IMG/VR virus record: IMGVR_UViG_3300025276_004419
Coordinates: 66,027 to 130,026 of that record
Reading direction: 5' to 3' (one strand)
DNA from: a virus
Length of the DNA stretch: 64,000 nt
How positions within the stretch are numbered: the first letter of the stretch is position 1; each line of letters begins with the position of its first letter. A program made the position numbers and the translations under genes. Below the pieces are notes generated by a model, which did not search any database, was not told where the DNA came from, and saw nothing but the letters and a program-made list of their open reading frames with translations. Positions 1 to 8,541 of this stretch are shown one piece after another.

Positions 1-156
1 GTAAATTTAGATGAAGAACCTCAACCTAATGTTGAAGAGGACGATGGGTTGGTTCTAGTAGAAAGACCCCATAGAATATATGGAACCCATACTATGGTAG
101 TTCATAGGGACAATGTTCCAAAAGGATACAAACTTAAAAACGAAGTAACCCAATAA
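1..156 (+). CDS. 3' end of hypothetical protein (partial)
   Basis: Frame 1 open from base 1 (VNLDEEPQP...NEVTQ) to TAA at 154-156. Confidence 0.6.
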   Translation, partial: VNLDEEPQPNVEEDDGLVLVERPHRIYGTHTMVVHRDNVPKGYKLKNEVTQ

Positions 157-214
157 ATCGCAATTTTCAATAATTTTATAATATTTATTAACAAATAACC
201 TAATCTAATTCATC

Positions 215-1060
215 ATGTACGGAGCACAAGACCCAGGCAATTGGCAGAGTTTTAAAACAAGACAAGACATTCAAAGTTTACCTTTAATGGAGCAAAAGTC
301 AAAGTTCATCCAAGAACAAGTAAATTTTGATAATGCTATGGCTGCTTTTTCAGCACAGGCTCACGTTGGTGGTATTCAATATAACCCAGTATTAAGTGTT
401 GCATTCGATGGATCAGCATTAAGCACTATTACTGGTTTCACATCAGGATTAGAAGTTACTTACACTCATGATGTTACTGTAACAGGTATACCTTCAATAA
501 TTGTACCTAATGGGTTACAAGGTGGGGGTTCAGGAGCCGCGATTACATACACTTTTGATTCTGCAATTTCTTCTAAAGTATTATTTTTTACTTATACACA
601 AACACCAACTGTCAATGGAACTGGACTTGTAGCAGCGAATGTTTTAACATTAGACAACGAATTAGCTGCTGGTATTACTGGTCAACCAACGACACCAGTT
701 GATGACACATATGTAACTGAAACACTAACTTGGGCTACAGGAACTGGTGGTGTAGGAGGAGTAGATATTACTGCAACTATAGTAGTTGCTGGTAATACTG
801 TAACTTCGGTTATTGCTACCGCAGCAACTGGAGTTTACCAACCCGGAAATACACTTACACTTGCTGGGACTAATTTAGGTGGAACAGGTAATTTAGTTGT
901 TACTTTACAAGTAGCAGATTTTACAGGTGATATTTTAAATCTTGCAGGAGGTGATAGATACATAGCACTAAATGGAGGATCTATAAATTCAGTGGGTGGA
1001 CGTCCAGCACGAGATGTCTTTGCTGTTAGTGGTATAAACGACACTGCAATAGCAAATTAA
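215..1060 (+). CDS. Putative virion/structural protein, Thr/Gly-rich beta-type body with shared N-terminal module
   Basis: 281 aa; T/G/V-rich fibre-like composition; N-terminal WQSF...LPLxEQKxK motif shared with 10066..11118. Confidence 0.55.
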   Translation: MYGAQDPGNWQSFKTRQDIQSLPLMEQKSKFIQEQVNFDNAMAAFSAQAHVGGIQYNPVLSVAFDGSALSTITGFTSGLEVTYTHDVTVTGIPSIIVPNGLQGGGSGAAITYTFDSAISSKVLFFTYTQTPTVNGTGLVAANVLTLDNELAAGITGQPTTPVDDTYVTETLTWATGTGGVGGVDITATIVVAGNTVTSVIATAATGVYQPGNTLTLAGTNLGGTGNLVVTLQVADFTGDILNLAGGDRYIALNGGSINSVGGRPARDVFAVSGINDTAIAN

Positions 1061-1092
1061 TAGTACATTAATTTAAAACACATATAAAAATA

Positions 1093-1124
1093 TTTGGAGC
1101 CCCGAAAGGGGCTTCGTATATTTA
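1093..1124 (+). promoter_or_regulatory. Bacteroidota-type promoter with hairpin in spacer
   Basis: TTTG-N20-TATATTTA; spacer holds GAGCCCC-GAAA-GGGGCTT hairpin (1097-1114). Confidence 0.75.
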
Positions 1125-1158
1125 TGGTATAGAAATAAGTAAAAAAACAATAAAGGTT

Positions 1159-1416
1159 ATGACTTACAAAGAATTAAATCAAGCATTAGAAAATTTAGGT
1201 GAAGATGAAATATTAGAATTCACATTCAATACTGAATTTTACAAATTCACCAAATTCGTCTTTAGTAGTAATAAAGCATCATATTCAGTTTCTCAGAACT
1301 ACACATCAATGCAGGTTGATAAAATAAGTGATCGTTTTGTTAGTTTATATACTTACGATATGATGAGTCAACAAACCAAATTTAAAATGTCAATTGAAGC
1401 AATTGAGCTAGTATAA
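1159..1416 (+). CDS. Hypothetical protein
   Basis: ORF after promoter with aaaggttATG start. Confidence 0.75.
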   Translation: MTYKELNQALENLGEDEILEFTFNTEFYKFTKFVFSSNKASYSVSQNYTSMQVDKISDRFVSLYTYDMMSQQTKFKMSIEAIELV

Positions 1417-1619
1417 TGATATTTCGATTTGGAAAATATAAAGGTTATACATTAGCTGACGTTGAATTAAACGATCCAAGCTATGTGAGGTGGGCACGAA
1501 ATAATGCCCCCAACCTTATTCCAAAAAAAGCAACAAAAATAGTTGCCTCCGAAGAAGATGATGTGTATATTAAAGCTTATACAAATTTACCATTTATAGA
1601 CCCAAGCGATGCTTTTTAG
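1416..1619 (+). CDS. Small FGKYKG-motif protein (DUF3820/ExoX C-terminal-like)
   Basis: FRFGKYKG...DPSYVRW motif. Confidence 0.6.
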   Translation: MIFRFGKYKGYTLADVELNDPSYVRWARNNAPNLIPKKATKIVASEEDDVYIKAYTNLPFIDPSDAF

Positions 1620-2142
1620 TTTTATTAAAGAATCAAATATACAACATAGCCGTGAAGTAGTTGAGCAGAATTTAGCGCGTTATCAGCCGTTAAATTACAA
1701 TCGCTTCATGTGGTGGCGTAGTTATACGGATGGGATTAAGCCGTTGAGTAAACGCGTTACTCTCAAAGAAAGAATTGTCAATGGTGATTTTAATGAGTCG
1801 TCATATTTTATGCAAGCCCAATTAGCTTTACATAATGCCAAAGATAAAGTAGACCTCACTAAACACAACCTTTCAGACCAGCTAGACATACTAGCTATGG
1901 ATTTGACTCGATACAAACGTTTAATGGATGATTTTTATCGGGAGGACAATGAACGTTTAGAGGCATTATATGATGCGTTTACCTCTACATTCAAAATGAC
2001 TCGTAATGAGTTTATAAAAGAGATTTGTGATTGGCCTCTTGATTTATTATCTTATTACAAGTTCTGTATGGAGTTTAGATACGTAACACCAGCAGCTAAT
2101 AGAAAAACAGCCCGAAGAGGTAGACCTAAAAAAACAAAATAA
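1609..2142 (+). CDS. Hypothetical protein
   Basis: 177-aa coupled ORF, basic C-terminal RRGRPKK. Confidence 0.75.
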   Translation: MLFSFIKESNIQHSREVVEQNLARYQPLNYNRFMWWRSYTDGIKPLSKRVTLKERIVNGDFNESSYFMQAQLALHNAKDKVDLTKHNLSDQLDILAMDLTRYKRLMDDFYREDNERLEALYDAFTSTFKMTRNEFIKEICDWPLDLLSYYKFCMEFRYVTPAANRKTARRGRPKKTK

Positions 2143-2781
2143 ATGCAAGAAGAATTAAAATTACTAAACACAGTAGAATTACTAGGACATTATGGTAGTG
2201 ATATAGTTCACGCTCAATCAGCTTGGACATCAACATCACGTGACTTAACTGAAAGTAAAATAGCAAGAATAGATAAACTTCTAAACATGCTAGCTTCAGA
2301 AGGTCACCACACTCCATTTGAAAAATCTGGATTACATTTTTTAGTAAATGTAGACCAGGCAACACATATTCATCTTCTAAAACATAGAGTAGGAGTTTCA
2401 ATTAATGGTGAATCAGCTCGTTATAAGGAATTAAAAGAAGATAAAATGATGATACCTTTAGATTGGTCAAATACATGGAAGGTAAAACTCATGAATTATA
2501 CTGAAGAAGGGAATAAATTATATCATGAAGCTCTTGAATATTTTTCTCCTATCTTAGGACGTAAACGTGCTAAAGAATCAGCTCGTTTCTTTAAAACGTT
2601 TAATTCTCAGATTTCATTAGATATTATGTTTAATTGGAGAAGTTTTTACCACTTCCAAAAATTACGTAATAGCCCGGATGCTCAAAAGGAAGTAAGGGAA
2701 TTAGCTGAGGAAATGCTTAACATAGTTAAGAATATTGAAGGTAATCCATTTGAAAAAACCATTAAGGCATTTGAATTATGA
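2143..2781 (+). CDS. thyX: FAD-dependent thymidylate synthase ThyX
   Basis: HHTPFE and HLLKHRVGVSINGESARY (RHRx7SxR-like motif); FQKLRNSPDAQKEVR. Confidence 0.92.
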   Translation: MQEELKLLNTVELLGHYGSDIVHAQSAWTSTSRDLTESKIARIDKLLNMLASEGHHTPFEKSGLHFLVNVDQATHIHLLKHRVGVSINGESARYKELKEDKMMIPLDWSNTWKVKLMNYTEEGNKLYHEALEYFSPILGRKRAKESARFFKTFNSQISLDIMFNWRSFYHFQKLRNSPDAQKEVRELAEEMLNIVKNIEGNPFEKTIKAFEL

Positions 2782-2927
2782 TGGAACTATTAAAACATAG
2801 TTTAGGTTTATGTGGGGAACATTGGCACCCAAATATTTTTACACTTTTATTAAGTGGACTTGGATTAGCACCTTCTTTTAATTATATTTATTATAAAGTA
2901 AAAAGTTATGATAAAAGTAAGTCATGA
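2778..2927 (+). CDS. Small membrane peptide (49 aa, not in supplied track)
   Basis: MMELLKHSLGLCGEHWHPNIFTLLLSGLGLAPSFNYIYYKVKSYDKSKS; ATGA overlap with thyX stop. Confidence 0.6.
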   Translation: MMELLKHSLGLCGEHWHPNIFTLLLSGLGLAPSFNYIYYKVKSYDKSKS

Positions 2928-3699
2928 AACCCCTCGTTGTTTATTAGAAGATAGCATACAATTTAATGACTATCAATATGCCTTGGTTCATTTACTTGAA
3001 GACGACGAGGAATATAGAGAACATTTTTTAAATTATCGTCAAGATCCTAAAAGCTATATTATTTTAGACAATTCACTTCATGAATTAGGCCATGCCTACA
3101 ATGATGCTGGATTATTAAAATGGGTTAATGAATTACTACCTAACGAATTTATTATCCCAGATGTTTGGTGTGATAGAGATGCTTCAGTAGTTAATGCTCG
3201 TAAATGGTCTTCAATCGAACTACCTGAAGGTGTAGAAAAAGTAGCAGTAGTCCAAGCAACTACAATCCATGAAGCCGCTACTTGCTATCAAACATATAAG
3301 GATTTAGGGTATAAAAAAATAGCATTTTCGTATGGTGCGAGTTATTACAATGATGTTATTCCTCATCCTAACAAGGACATTGGAAAAGCTTTAGGACGAT
3401 TATCAGTAATTTCAGCTTTATATAAAACTAAAGTAATCTCACAAAATGATAGAATTCATTTATTAGGGTGTGCTGTCCCACAAGAGTTTGGGTGGTATAA
3501 AGGATTCGATTGTATTGAATCAATTGACACATCAAACCCCGTAATGGCTGCTTTAGAGGGTATTAGATATACTACTGCTGGTTTAGATGAAAAACCTAGA
3601 GCTAACATGAATGATTATTATTACATGCTTGAAGAAGAAATAAATTGGGACTTACTAACAGATAACTTAACTAAATTTAGATACATAAACGACTTGTAA
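2908..3699 (+). CDS. Divergent TGT-fold (tRNA-guanine transglycosylase/DpdA-like) protein
   Basis: ILDNS, IHLLG and SIDTSNP motifs resemble TGT/DpdA barrel motifs (xDSG, HxLG, SxDS); no C-terminal Zn subdomain; adjacent to queC-queD-queE. Confidence 0.65.
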   Translation: MIKVSHETPRCLLEDSIQFNDYQYALVHLLEDDEEYREHFLNYRQDPKSYIILDNSLHELGHAYNDAGLLKWVNELLPNEFIIPDVWCDRDASVVNARKWSSIELPEGVEKVAVVQATTIHEAATCYQTYKDLGYKKIAFSYGASYYNDVIPHPNKDIGKALGRLSVISALYKTKVISQNDRIHLLGCAVPQEFGWYKGFDCIESIDTSNPVMAALEGIRYTTAGLDEKPRANMNDYYYMLEEEINWDLLTDNLTKFRYINDL

Positions 3700-3700
3700 A

Positions 3701-4270
3701 ATGGCAAATTACTGTAGAACAGATATTATAATTAAAGCTTCTAAAAAAGCAATTGATAACTTTGTAGAACGTTTCGATAAGTGTCATGATGGTGCTTACC
3801 CAAATCAAGAAGAAAACCCTCACATTATAGATGAATTCGGTGCTAAAGCAGAATCACTAATCGATAAAGTTGGTTCAAAGTGGGTTAAAATGTGGGATGG
3901 AGGAATTAACTATCACGATGATACAGAAGGTAGCAGTGAAGTACGCCTTGCCTTAGACTCAGCTTGGTACCCACCTTCAGATATGATTTTGGAGATGTTT
4001 AGACAAATGGAAGAAATTGACGGTGAGCATGAAGGTGTAAGAGTGTATGGTTCATATTGGGATGAAGGATACCAACCTATTGGAGTATTCGAAGTTTACT
4101 ATGGAGAAATAATTTCAAAAGAAAACCACGATTTGGATTGGTCTGAATGGGAAGAGAAGGTAGAGGAAGAAGGTGAATCCGAATACGATAGAAACTTCTG
4201 GGATGAAGAAGTAGACCCAGCATTCGTAGTTCTTCAAGAGGAGTTAGATAAAGTAATGGAAGAAATATAA
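3701..4270 (+). CDS. Acidic protein, YubB/DUF1281-like ferredoxin-fold candidate
   Basis: LDSAWYPPSDMILEM resembles the FxTAWxPP signature. Confidence 0.45.
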   Translation: MANYCRTDIIIKASKKAIDNFVERFDKCHDGAYPNQEENPHIIDEFGAKAESLIDKVGSKWVKMWDGGINYHDDTEGSSEVRLALDSAWYPPSDMILEMFRQMEEIDGEHEGVRVYGSYWDEGYQPIGVFEVYYGEIISKENHDLDWSEWEEKVEEEGESEYDRNFWDEEVDPAFVVLQEELDKVMEEI

Positions 4271-4305
4271 TATGTATAACGATAATAATAATTAAAAACA
4301 GAGTC

Positions 4306-4485
4306 ATGCCAAAATTAACAAGAGTAAATTCAGATTTACGTTATTACTCAGTAGAAGTTACTGATGCACAAGTTGTTGAAGCCCAAAAAGGTGATAAACA
4401 ATTCGAAGCTTTACTAAAACTAGTAGGGAGCGATATGAAATTAGTTAATTCCGAAAACGGAAGAATTGAATACATTATCGAGTAA
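4306..4485 (+). CDS. Small hypothetical protein (59 aa, not in supplied track)
   Basis: MPKLTRVNSDL...GRIEYIIE; ATG 4306, TAA 4483-4485. Confidence 0.65.
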   Translation: MPKLTRVNSDLRYYSVEVTDAQVVEAQKGDKQFEALLKLVGSDMKLVNSENGRIEYIIE

Positions 4486-4511
4486 TAAAAACTACACATT
4501 AGATATTAAGA

Positions 4512-4532
4512 TTGGGGGCTCTAAGCCCCCAA
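4512..4532. terminator. GC-rich hairpin, probable terminator/processing site
   Basis: TTGGGGGCT-CTA-AGCCCCCAA 9-bp stem in the intergenic region before queC. Confidence 0.6.
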
Positions 4533-4601
4533 CTAATATTTTTAAATATAGCGTAAGCCTATACGCTTAAAATACCTGGCAAAAATAAAAAGTTATATAA
4601 G

Positions 4602-5408
4602 ATGGCAAAACATTGCGTTGTTAGTCTAAGTGGAGGGATGGACTCCTCAACATTATTACTCCGTGCCTTAAAGGAGTATGATTCAGTTACAGCTATGAGT
4701 TTTGATTATGGCCAAAAACACGTAGTAGAGCTAGAAAGGGCACAATCACTAGTTGATTATCTAGCAGAAAATGGGCATAAAGTAAACTATAAACAAATTA
4801 AACTAGACGGTTTAGCAAGCCTATTAGATTCAGCGTTAGTTGAAGGTGGTGAAGAGGTTCCAGAAGGGCATTATGCTGATGATAACATGAAAGCAACAGT
4901 TGTTCCTAACAGAAACAAAATATTTGCTTCAATAGTTCAAGCAGTTGCTTTATCTGTTGCTAATAAAACAGAAGAAACTTGTAATATCGCTTTAGGTATT
5001 CATGCTGGAGATCATAGTATTTATCCGGATTGTAGACAAGAATTTAGAGATGCTGATGATGCTGCTTTTAGAGAAGGTAATTGGGACGCAGAACGTGTAG
5101 GTTATTTTACACCTTATCTTCTTGGAGATAAATACGATATTCTTTTGGATGGCGTAGGGTTATGCAAGGACTTAGGTATCGCGTTTAACGACGTATATGC
5201 GCGTACTAACACGTCATATAAGCCGATATTTGATGAAACTACATTCGAATGGTATAGTGATTATAAATCAGCTAGTTCAGTAGAGCGTGTAGAAGCATTC
5301 CTAAAACTAGGAGTAGCAGACCCAGTTTCGTATGCTGATGAAACAGGACCTGTAACATGGGAGCATGTAGTAAAAGAAGTAACTAAAGTATTAGCAGATC
5401 ATGAGTGA
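4602..5408 (+). CDS. queC: 7-cyano-7-deazaguanine synthase QueC (Zn-cysteine-less variant)
   Basis: SLSGGMDS PP-loop, FDYGQKH, VPNRN, YPDCR. Confidence 0.93.
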   Translation: MAKHCVVSLSGGMDSSTLLLRALKEYDSVTAMSFDYGQKHVVELERAQSLVDYLAENGHKVNYKQIKLDGLASLLDSALVEGGEEVPEGHYADDNMKATVVPNRNKIFASIVQAVALSVANKTEETCNIALGIHAGDHSIYPDCRQEFRDADDAAFREGNWDAERVGYFTPYLLGDKYDILLDGVGLCKDLGIAFNDVYARTNTSYKPIFDETTFEWYSDYKSASSVERVEAFLKLGVADPVSYADETGPVTWEHVVKEVTKVLADHE

Positions 5409-5718
5409 TAGAGAAATAATGGATTCTAAATTCATGAGTTTAAAAACAAAGAAAATGAAATATTTAAAATTCGAAGCAGATTGGTGTGGTGCATGTAAAA
5501 TGTTAAAACCAGTCTTACGTAGAGTAGCAGAAGCAGGAGTCCCAATAGAAGTAATAAACGCTGAACATTCAGCTGAACTAGTAACACAATATAATGTTAA
5601 AAATCTACCAACAGTTATTTTAGTAGATAACTCAGGTAAAGAATTTTATCGTTTTACTGGAACTAAAGCTAAAACCGAAGATTATTTAAACACTTATCAA
5701 CAATTCACAAATGGGTAA
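5401..5718 (+). CDS. Thioredoxin-family protein
   Basis: FEADWCGACK (WCxxC); V/cis-P motif VKNLPTV. Confidence 0.88.
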   Translation: MSDREIMDSKFMSLKTKKMKYLKFEADWCGACKMLKPVLRRVAEAGVPIEVINAEHSAELVTQYNVKNLPTVILVDNSGKEFYRFTGTKAKTEDYLNTYQQFTNG

Positions 5719-6181
5719 ATTTCAATCAAGTAAAGTATTTGATGGTTTTTCAACTGTATTCCGTCAACACAATGCAAAAACAACTCACTGTAGCTTTTTA
5801 CATGGTTATGGAATTTCATTCAAAATTTACTTTGAAGGTGAATTAGATGACAGAAATTGGGTTTGGGATTTTGGTGGTATGAAACGAGCTAAAACCCTAA
5901 TTGATGGTATGCAACCTAAAGAATGGATGGATTATATGTTCGACCATACTTTAATAGTAGCCGAAGACGATCCTGCTCTACCTTCATTTAGAAAACTAGA
6001 TTATGATGGGTTAGTCCAACTTAGAGTTATCCCAGCTACGGGTGCTGAAAAGTTTGCAGAATATATTTTTGGTAAAATTGATAATTTTGTTCATAGTGAA
6101 ACTGATGGTAGAGTAAAAATCTCTAAAGTTAAATTTATGGAACATGGAAAAAATGCAGCATATTATGTCTCAAGTTATTAA
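5711..6181 (+). CDS. queD: 6-carboxytetrahydropterin synthase QueD
   Basis: HCSFLHGY, WVWDFG, FDHT, GAEKFAEY. Confidence 0.9.
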   Translation: MGKFQSSKVFDGFSTVFRQHNAKTTHCSFLHGYGISFKIYFEGELDDRNWVWDFGGMKRAKTLIDGMQPKEWMDYMFDHTLIVAEDDPALPSFRKLDYDGLVQLRVIPATGAEKFAEYIFGKIDNFVHSETDGRVKISKVKFMEHGKNAAYYVSSY

Positions 6182-6980
6182 TCCCAAATTATGGGACAAA
6201 ACGGCCCCTTTAGGTCGTATTACAGATTATGATAAAATACTTCCTATTCTTGAAGTCTATAGATGTGTTCAATCTGAAGGATCTAGATTCGGTAGGCCTA
6301 CAATTGCTGTTCGTACTACTGGTTGCACTCATCGTTGCTACTTTGGTGAAGGTGGTTGGTGCGATAGTTGGTATACTTCAGTACACCCTGAAAAAGGCAC
6401 ATTCACGTTTAATGATATTATTAAAATCTATGATGAGAACCCTCACGTCAAAGAAATGATGCTTACAGGTGGTTCTCCAACTATGCATCCAGCATTAGTA
6501 AACGAACTAACCCATTTTGCAAATGAAAGAGGTATCCTCATTACTATCGAGACTGAAGGAAGTCATTTCCTTGAAACCGATTACCCGATTGGTCTCCTTT
6601 CTATCTCACCTAAGTTTAGCAATAGCGTCCCTGTTGTTGGTGCCCTTACTCCCAATGGGTCAGTTACGGATGAAAAGATGGTTAAAACGCACAATCGTCT
6701 TCGCCTTAACTCTGAAGCCATTAGAAAGAGTATTAGTTATCATAATGACTATCACTATAAGCCTGTGTGGGATGGTACTGATGAAGGACTCGCTGAGATC
6801 GAAGCTTACAGACAAGAGCTCGATATCCCTAAAGACAAAACCTTTATCATGCCCGCAGGAGATACAAGAGAAACATTGATTAAAATGTACCCACTAGTAT
6901 TTGATATGTGTGCTGAAAAAGGGTATAACATGACTGGGCGAGACCACATAATCGCTTTTGATACCCAAAGAGGCGTATAA
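6165..6980 (+). CDS. queE: 7-carboxy-7-deazaguanine synthase QueE (radical SAM)
   Basis: VQSEG...RTTGCTHRC-x7-CDSWY, LTGGSP, ITIETEG; start chosen at ATG 6165 (track gives 6144). Confidence 0.9.
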   Translation: MSQVINPKLWDKTAPLGRITDYDKILPILEVYRCVQSEGSRFGRPTIAVRTTGCTHRCYFGEGGWCDSWYTSVHPEKGTFTFNDIIKIYDENPHVKEMMLTGGSPTMHPALVNELTHFANERGILITIETEGSHFLETDYPIGLLSISPKFSNSVPVVGALTPNGSVTDEKMVKTHNRLRLNSEAIRKSISYHNDYHYKPVWDGTDEGLAEIEAYRQELDIPKDKTFIMPAGDTRETLIKMYPLVFDMCAEKGYNMTGRDHIIAFDTQRGV

Positions 6981-7144
6981 TGGCTAAAAGACAACCTAAA
7001 TTAACTACAATTTGTCAGGATTGCCTTAACAGCATTCCTGACAAAACCATTCTAAAATACTCTATACCAGAATCAAATGCTGGTCCTGCGTATACTATAA
7101 TGTTATGTAAAAATTGCCTTGAAAAACGTGAAAAACGTATGTAA
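6980..7144 (+). CDS. Small CxxC...CxxC zinc-finger protein (54 aa, not in track)
   Basis: CQDC and CKNC pairs; TAATG coupling to queE stop. Confidence 0.65.
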   Translation: MAKRQPKLTTICQDCLNSIPDKTILKYSIPESNAGPAYTIMLCKNCLEKREKRM

Positions 7145-7226
7145 ATTTTGTGGTAAAACCATACCACCACTCGCTCAAACTACAGTTATATGTTATGGGT
7201 GTTTAACTAAAAAAGATAAAAAATAA
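7128..7226 (+). CDS. Very small CxxC...CxxC zinc-finger peptide (32 aa, GTG start, not in track)
   Basis: MKNVCKFCGKTIPPLAQTTVICYGCLTKKDKK; stop TAA overlaps next ATG. Confidence 0.5.
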   Translation: MKNVCKFCGKTIPPLAQTTVICYGCLTKKDKK

Positions 7227-7576
7227 TGTATACTTACTACGCCACATTAGACAGAGTAGTTGATGGTGATACCATTGATGCTATAATTGATTTAGGATTC
7301 GATACTTTTAAAAAAGTAAGAATTAGAATGATGGGAATGGATGCTTGGGAATCCAGAACTCGAGATAAAGAAGAAAAAGTTAAAGGTTTAGCAGCTAAAG
7401 CTCGTTTGATTGAAATATTGAAAAACAATGAAGATAAATTTATCATAGTATCTCATGGGGTGGGTAAATATGGCCGTTGTTTAGGTGAAATATATCTTGA
7501 AGAAAATAGTGATAGTGTCAATAATCAACTTATTTCTGAAGGTCATGCTAAAGAATATTACGGAGGAAAACGATGA
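7226..7576 (+). CDS. Staphylococcal nuclease (SNase/thermonuclease)-like protein
   Basis: RVVDGDTI, RIRMMGMDAWE, KYGRCLGEI. Confidence 0.88.
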   Translation: MYTYYATLDRVVDGDTIDAIIDLGFDTFKKVRIRMMGMDAWESRTRDKEEKVKGLAAKARLIEILKNNEDKFIIVSHGVGKYGRCLGEIYLEENSDSVNNQLISEGHAKEYYGGKR

Positions 7577-8001
7577 AAAATTTAATTTGGATATTTTTAT
7601 TACTAAGCTTTAATTTAAAAGCTCAGGAATGTTCTCCATTTTATAAAATCCCCTCATACGAACTTTCCCCAAACAAATCAGCATCTATTGGTTATGTAGC
7701 CTGTATCCATGCTCGAGGAGTTGTAGCAGAAGTAGGATATAAAAATATTTTTATAGGTATATTAGCTATGGGAGAGAACCATCAAAGTGATACTTATACT
7801 TTCTTACAGTATGAATATCAATTAAAAAAAATAAGCTTTTATATAGGTCCCGCTTACAGATTAAATAATTCCTCTACACTCCTTGTAGGGAGAACAGGTA
7901 TCGATATAAAGTTATATAAAAGAATATGGATAACTGCTAGTATTTTACAAGTAAATCCTAAATTAAATTACCTACACTCAGGGTTAAAATTAGTCTTATA
8001 A
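7573..8001 (+). CDS. Exported small beta-barrel-like membrane protein
   Basis: Signal peptide (MKNLIWIFLLLSFNLKA), alternating beta-strand pattern. Confidence 0.5.
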   Translation: MKNLIWIFLLLSFNLKAQECSPFYKIPSYELSPNKSASIGYVACIHARGVVAEVGYKNIFIGILAMGENHQSDTYTFLQYEYQLKKISFYIGPAYRLNNSSTLLVGRTGIDIKLYKRIWITASILQVNPKLNYLHSGLKLVL

Positions 8002-8504
8002 TGAAAGAATTAATTACAGCAGACGAAATTCAATTTCAAACAAAAATTATTGGTAAACAAATAGCAGATGGCCATAGAGGTGATAAAACACCTGTAGTAA
8101 TGGTAGGTTTGTTAAATGGATGCTTTGCGTTTTACAGCGATTTAGTTCGTTCGATGCCACTTGACGTGGAATGTGATTTTATGCGCGTTAAATCGTATGT
8201 AAATCGCAAACAAGGCGATATACAAATCACTAAAGATTTAGAGACACGTATTAAAGGCAAGCATGTTTACATTGTAGACGATATCTATGATACTGGTAAT
8301 ACTATGAAAGCCGTAATAGAATACTTAGAAGTAAAACACCCAGCCTCTATCTCCATTGTAGCTTTAATTACAAGGGAAACTTCCCCTACACCAAAACAAG
8401 AACTTTATAAAGCCTTTACTATAGGTGATGAATGGTTAGTCGGTTACGGAATGGATGATGAAAAAGGTTATCAAAGAAACCTTGATTCAATTTGGGCTTT
8501 GTAA
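8001..8504 (+). CDS. hpt: Hypoxanthine/guanine phosphoribosyltransferase-like protein
   Basis: VGLLNGCFAFYSDL, YIVDDIYDTGNT PRPP-binding loop, WLVGYGMD. Confidence 0.88.
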   Translation: MKELITADEIQFQTKIIGKQIADGHRGDKTPVVMVGLLNGCFAFYSDLVRSMPLDVECDFMRVKSYVNRKQGDIQITKDLETRIKGKHVYIVDDIYDTGNTMKAVIEYLEVKHPASISIVALITRETSPTPKQELYKAFTIGDEWLVGYGMDDEKGYQRNLDSIWAL

Positions 8505-8522
8505 ATAGGTTTCGTATATTCA
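8491..8522 (+). promoter_or_regulatory. Bacteroidota-type promoter for folE
   Basis: TTTG-N20-TATATTCA overlapping the hpt stop. Confidence 0.7.
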
Positions 8523-8541
8523 ATCAAATAAAGAGTTATAA

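Noticed and set aside
2908-3699. Canonical bacterial tRNA-guanine transglycosylase (tgt) for queuosine
   Set aside because: Much shorter than Tgt, lacks the CxCxxC/H Zn subdomain and DSGGFQ motif; no queF/queA or GUN-anticodon tRNAs in the window
4550-4601. Canonical preQ1-I riboswitch
   Set aside because: Topology is suggestive but loop and tail nucleotides do not match the known consensus; kept only as an unknown candidate
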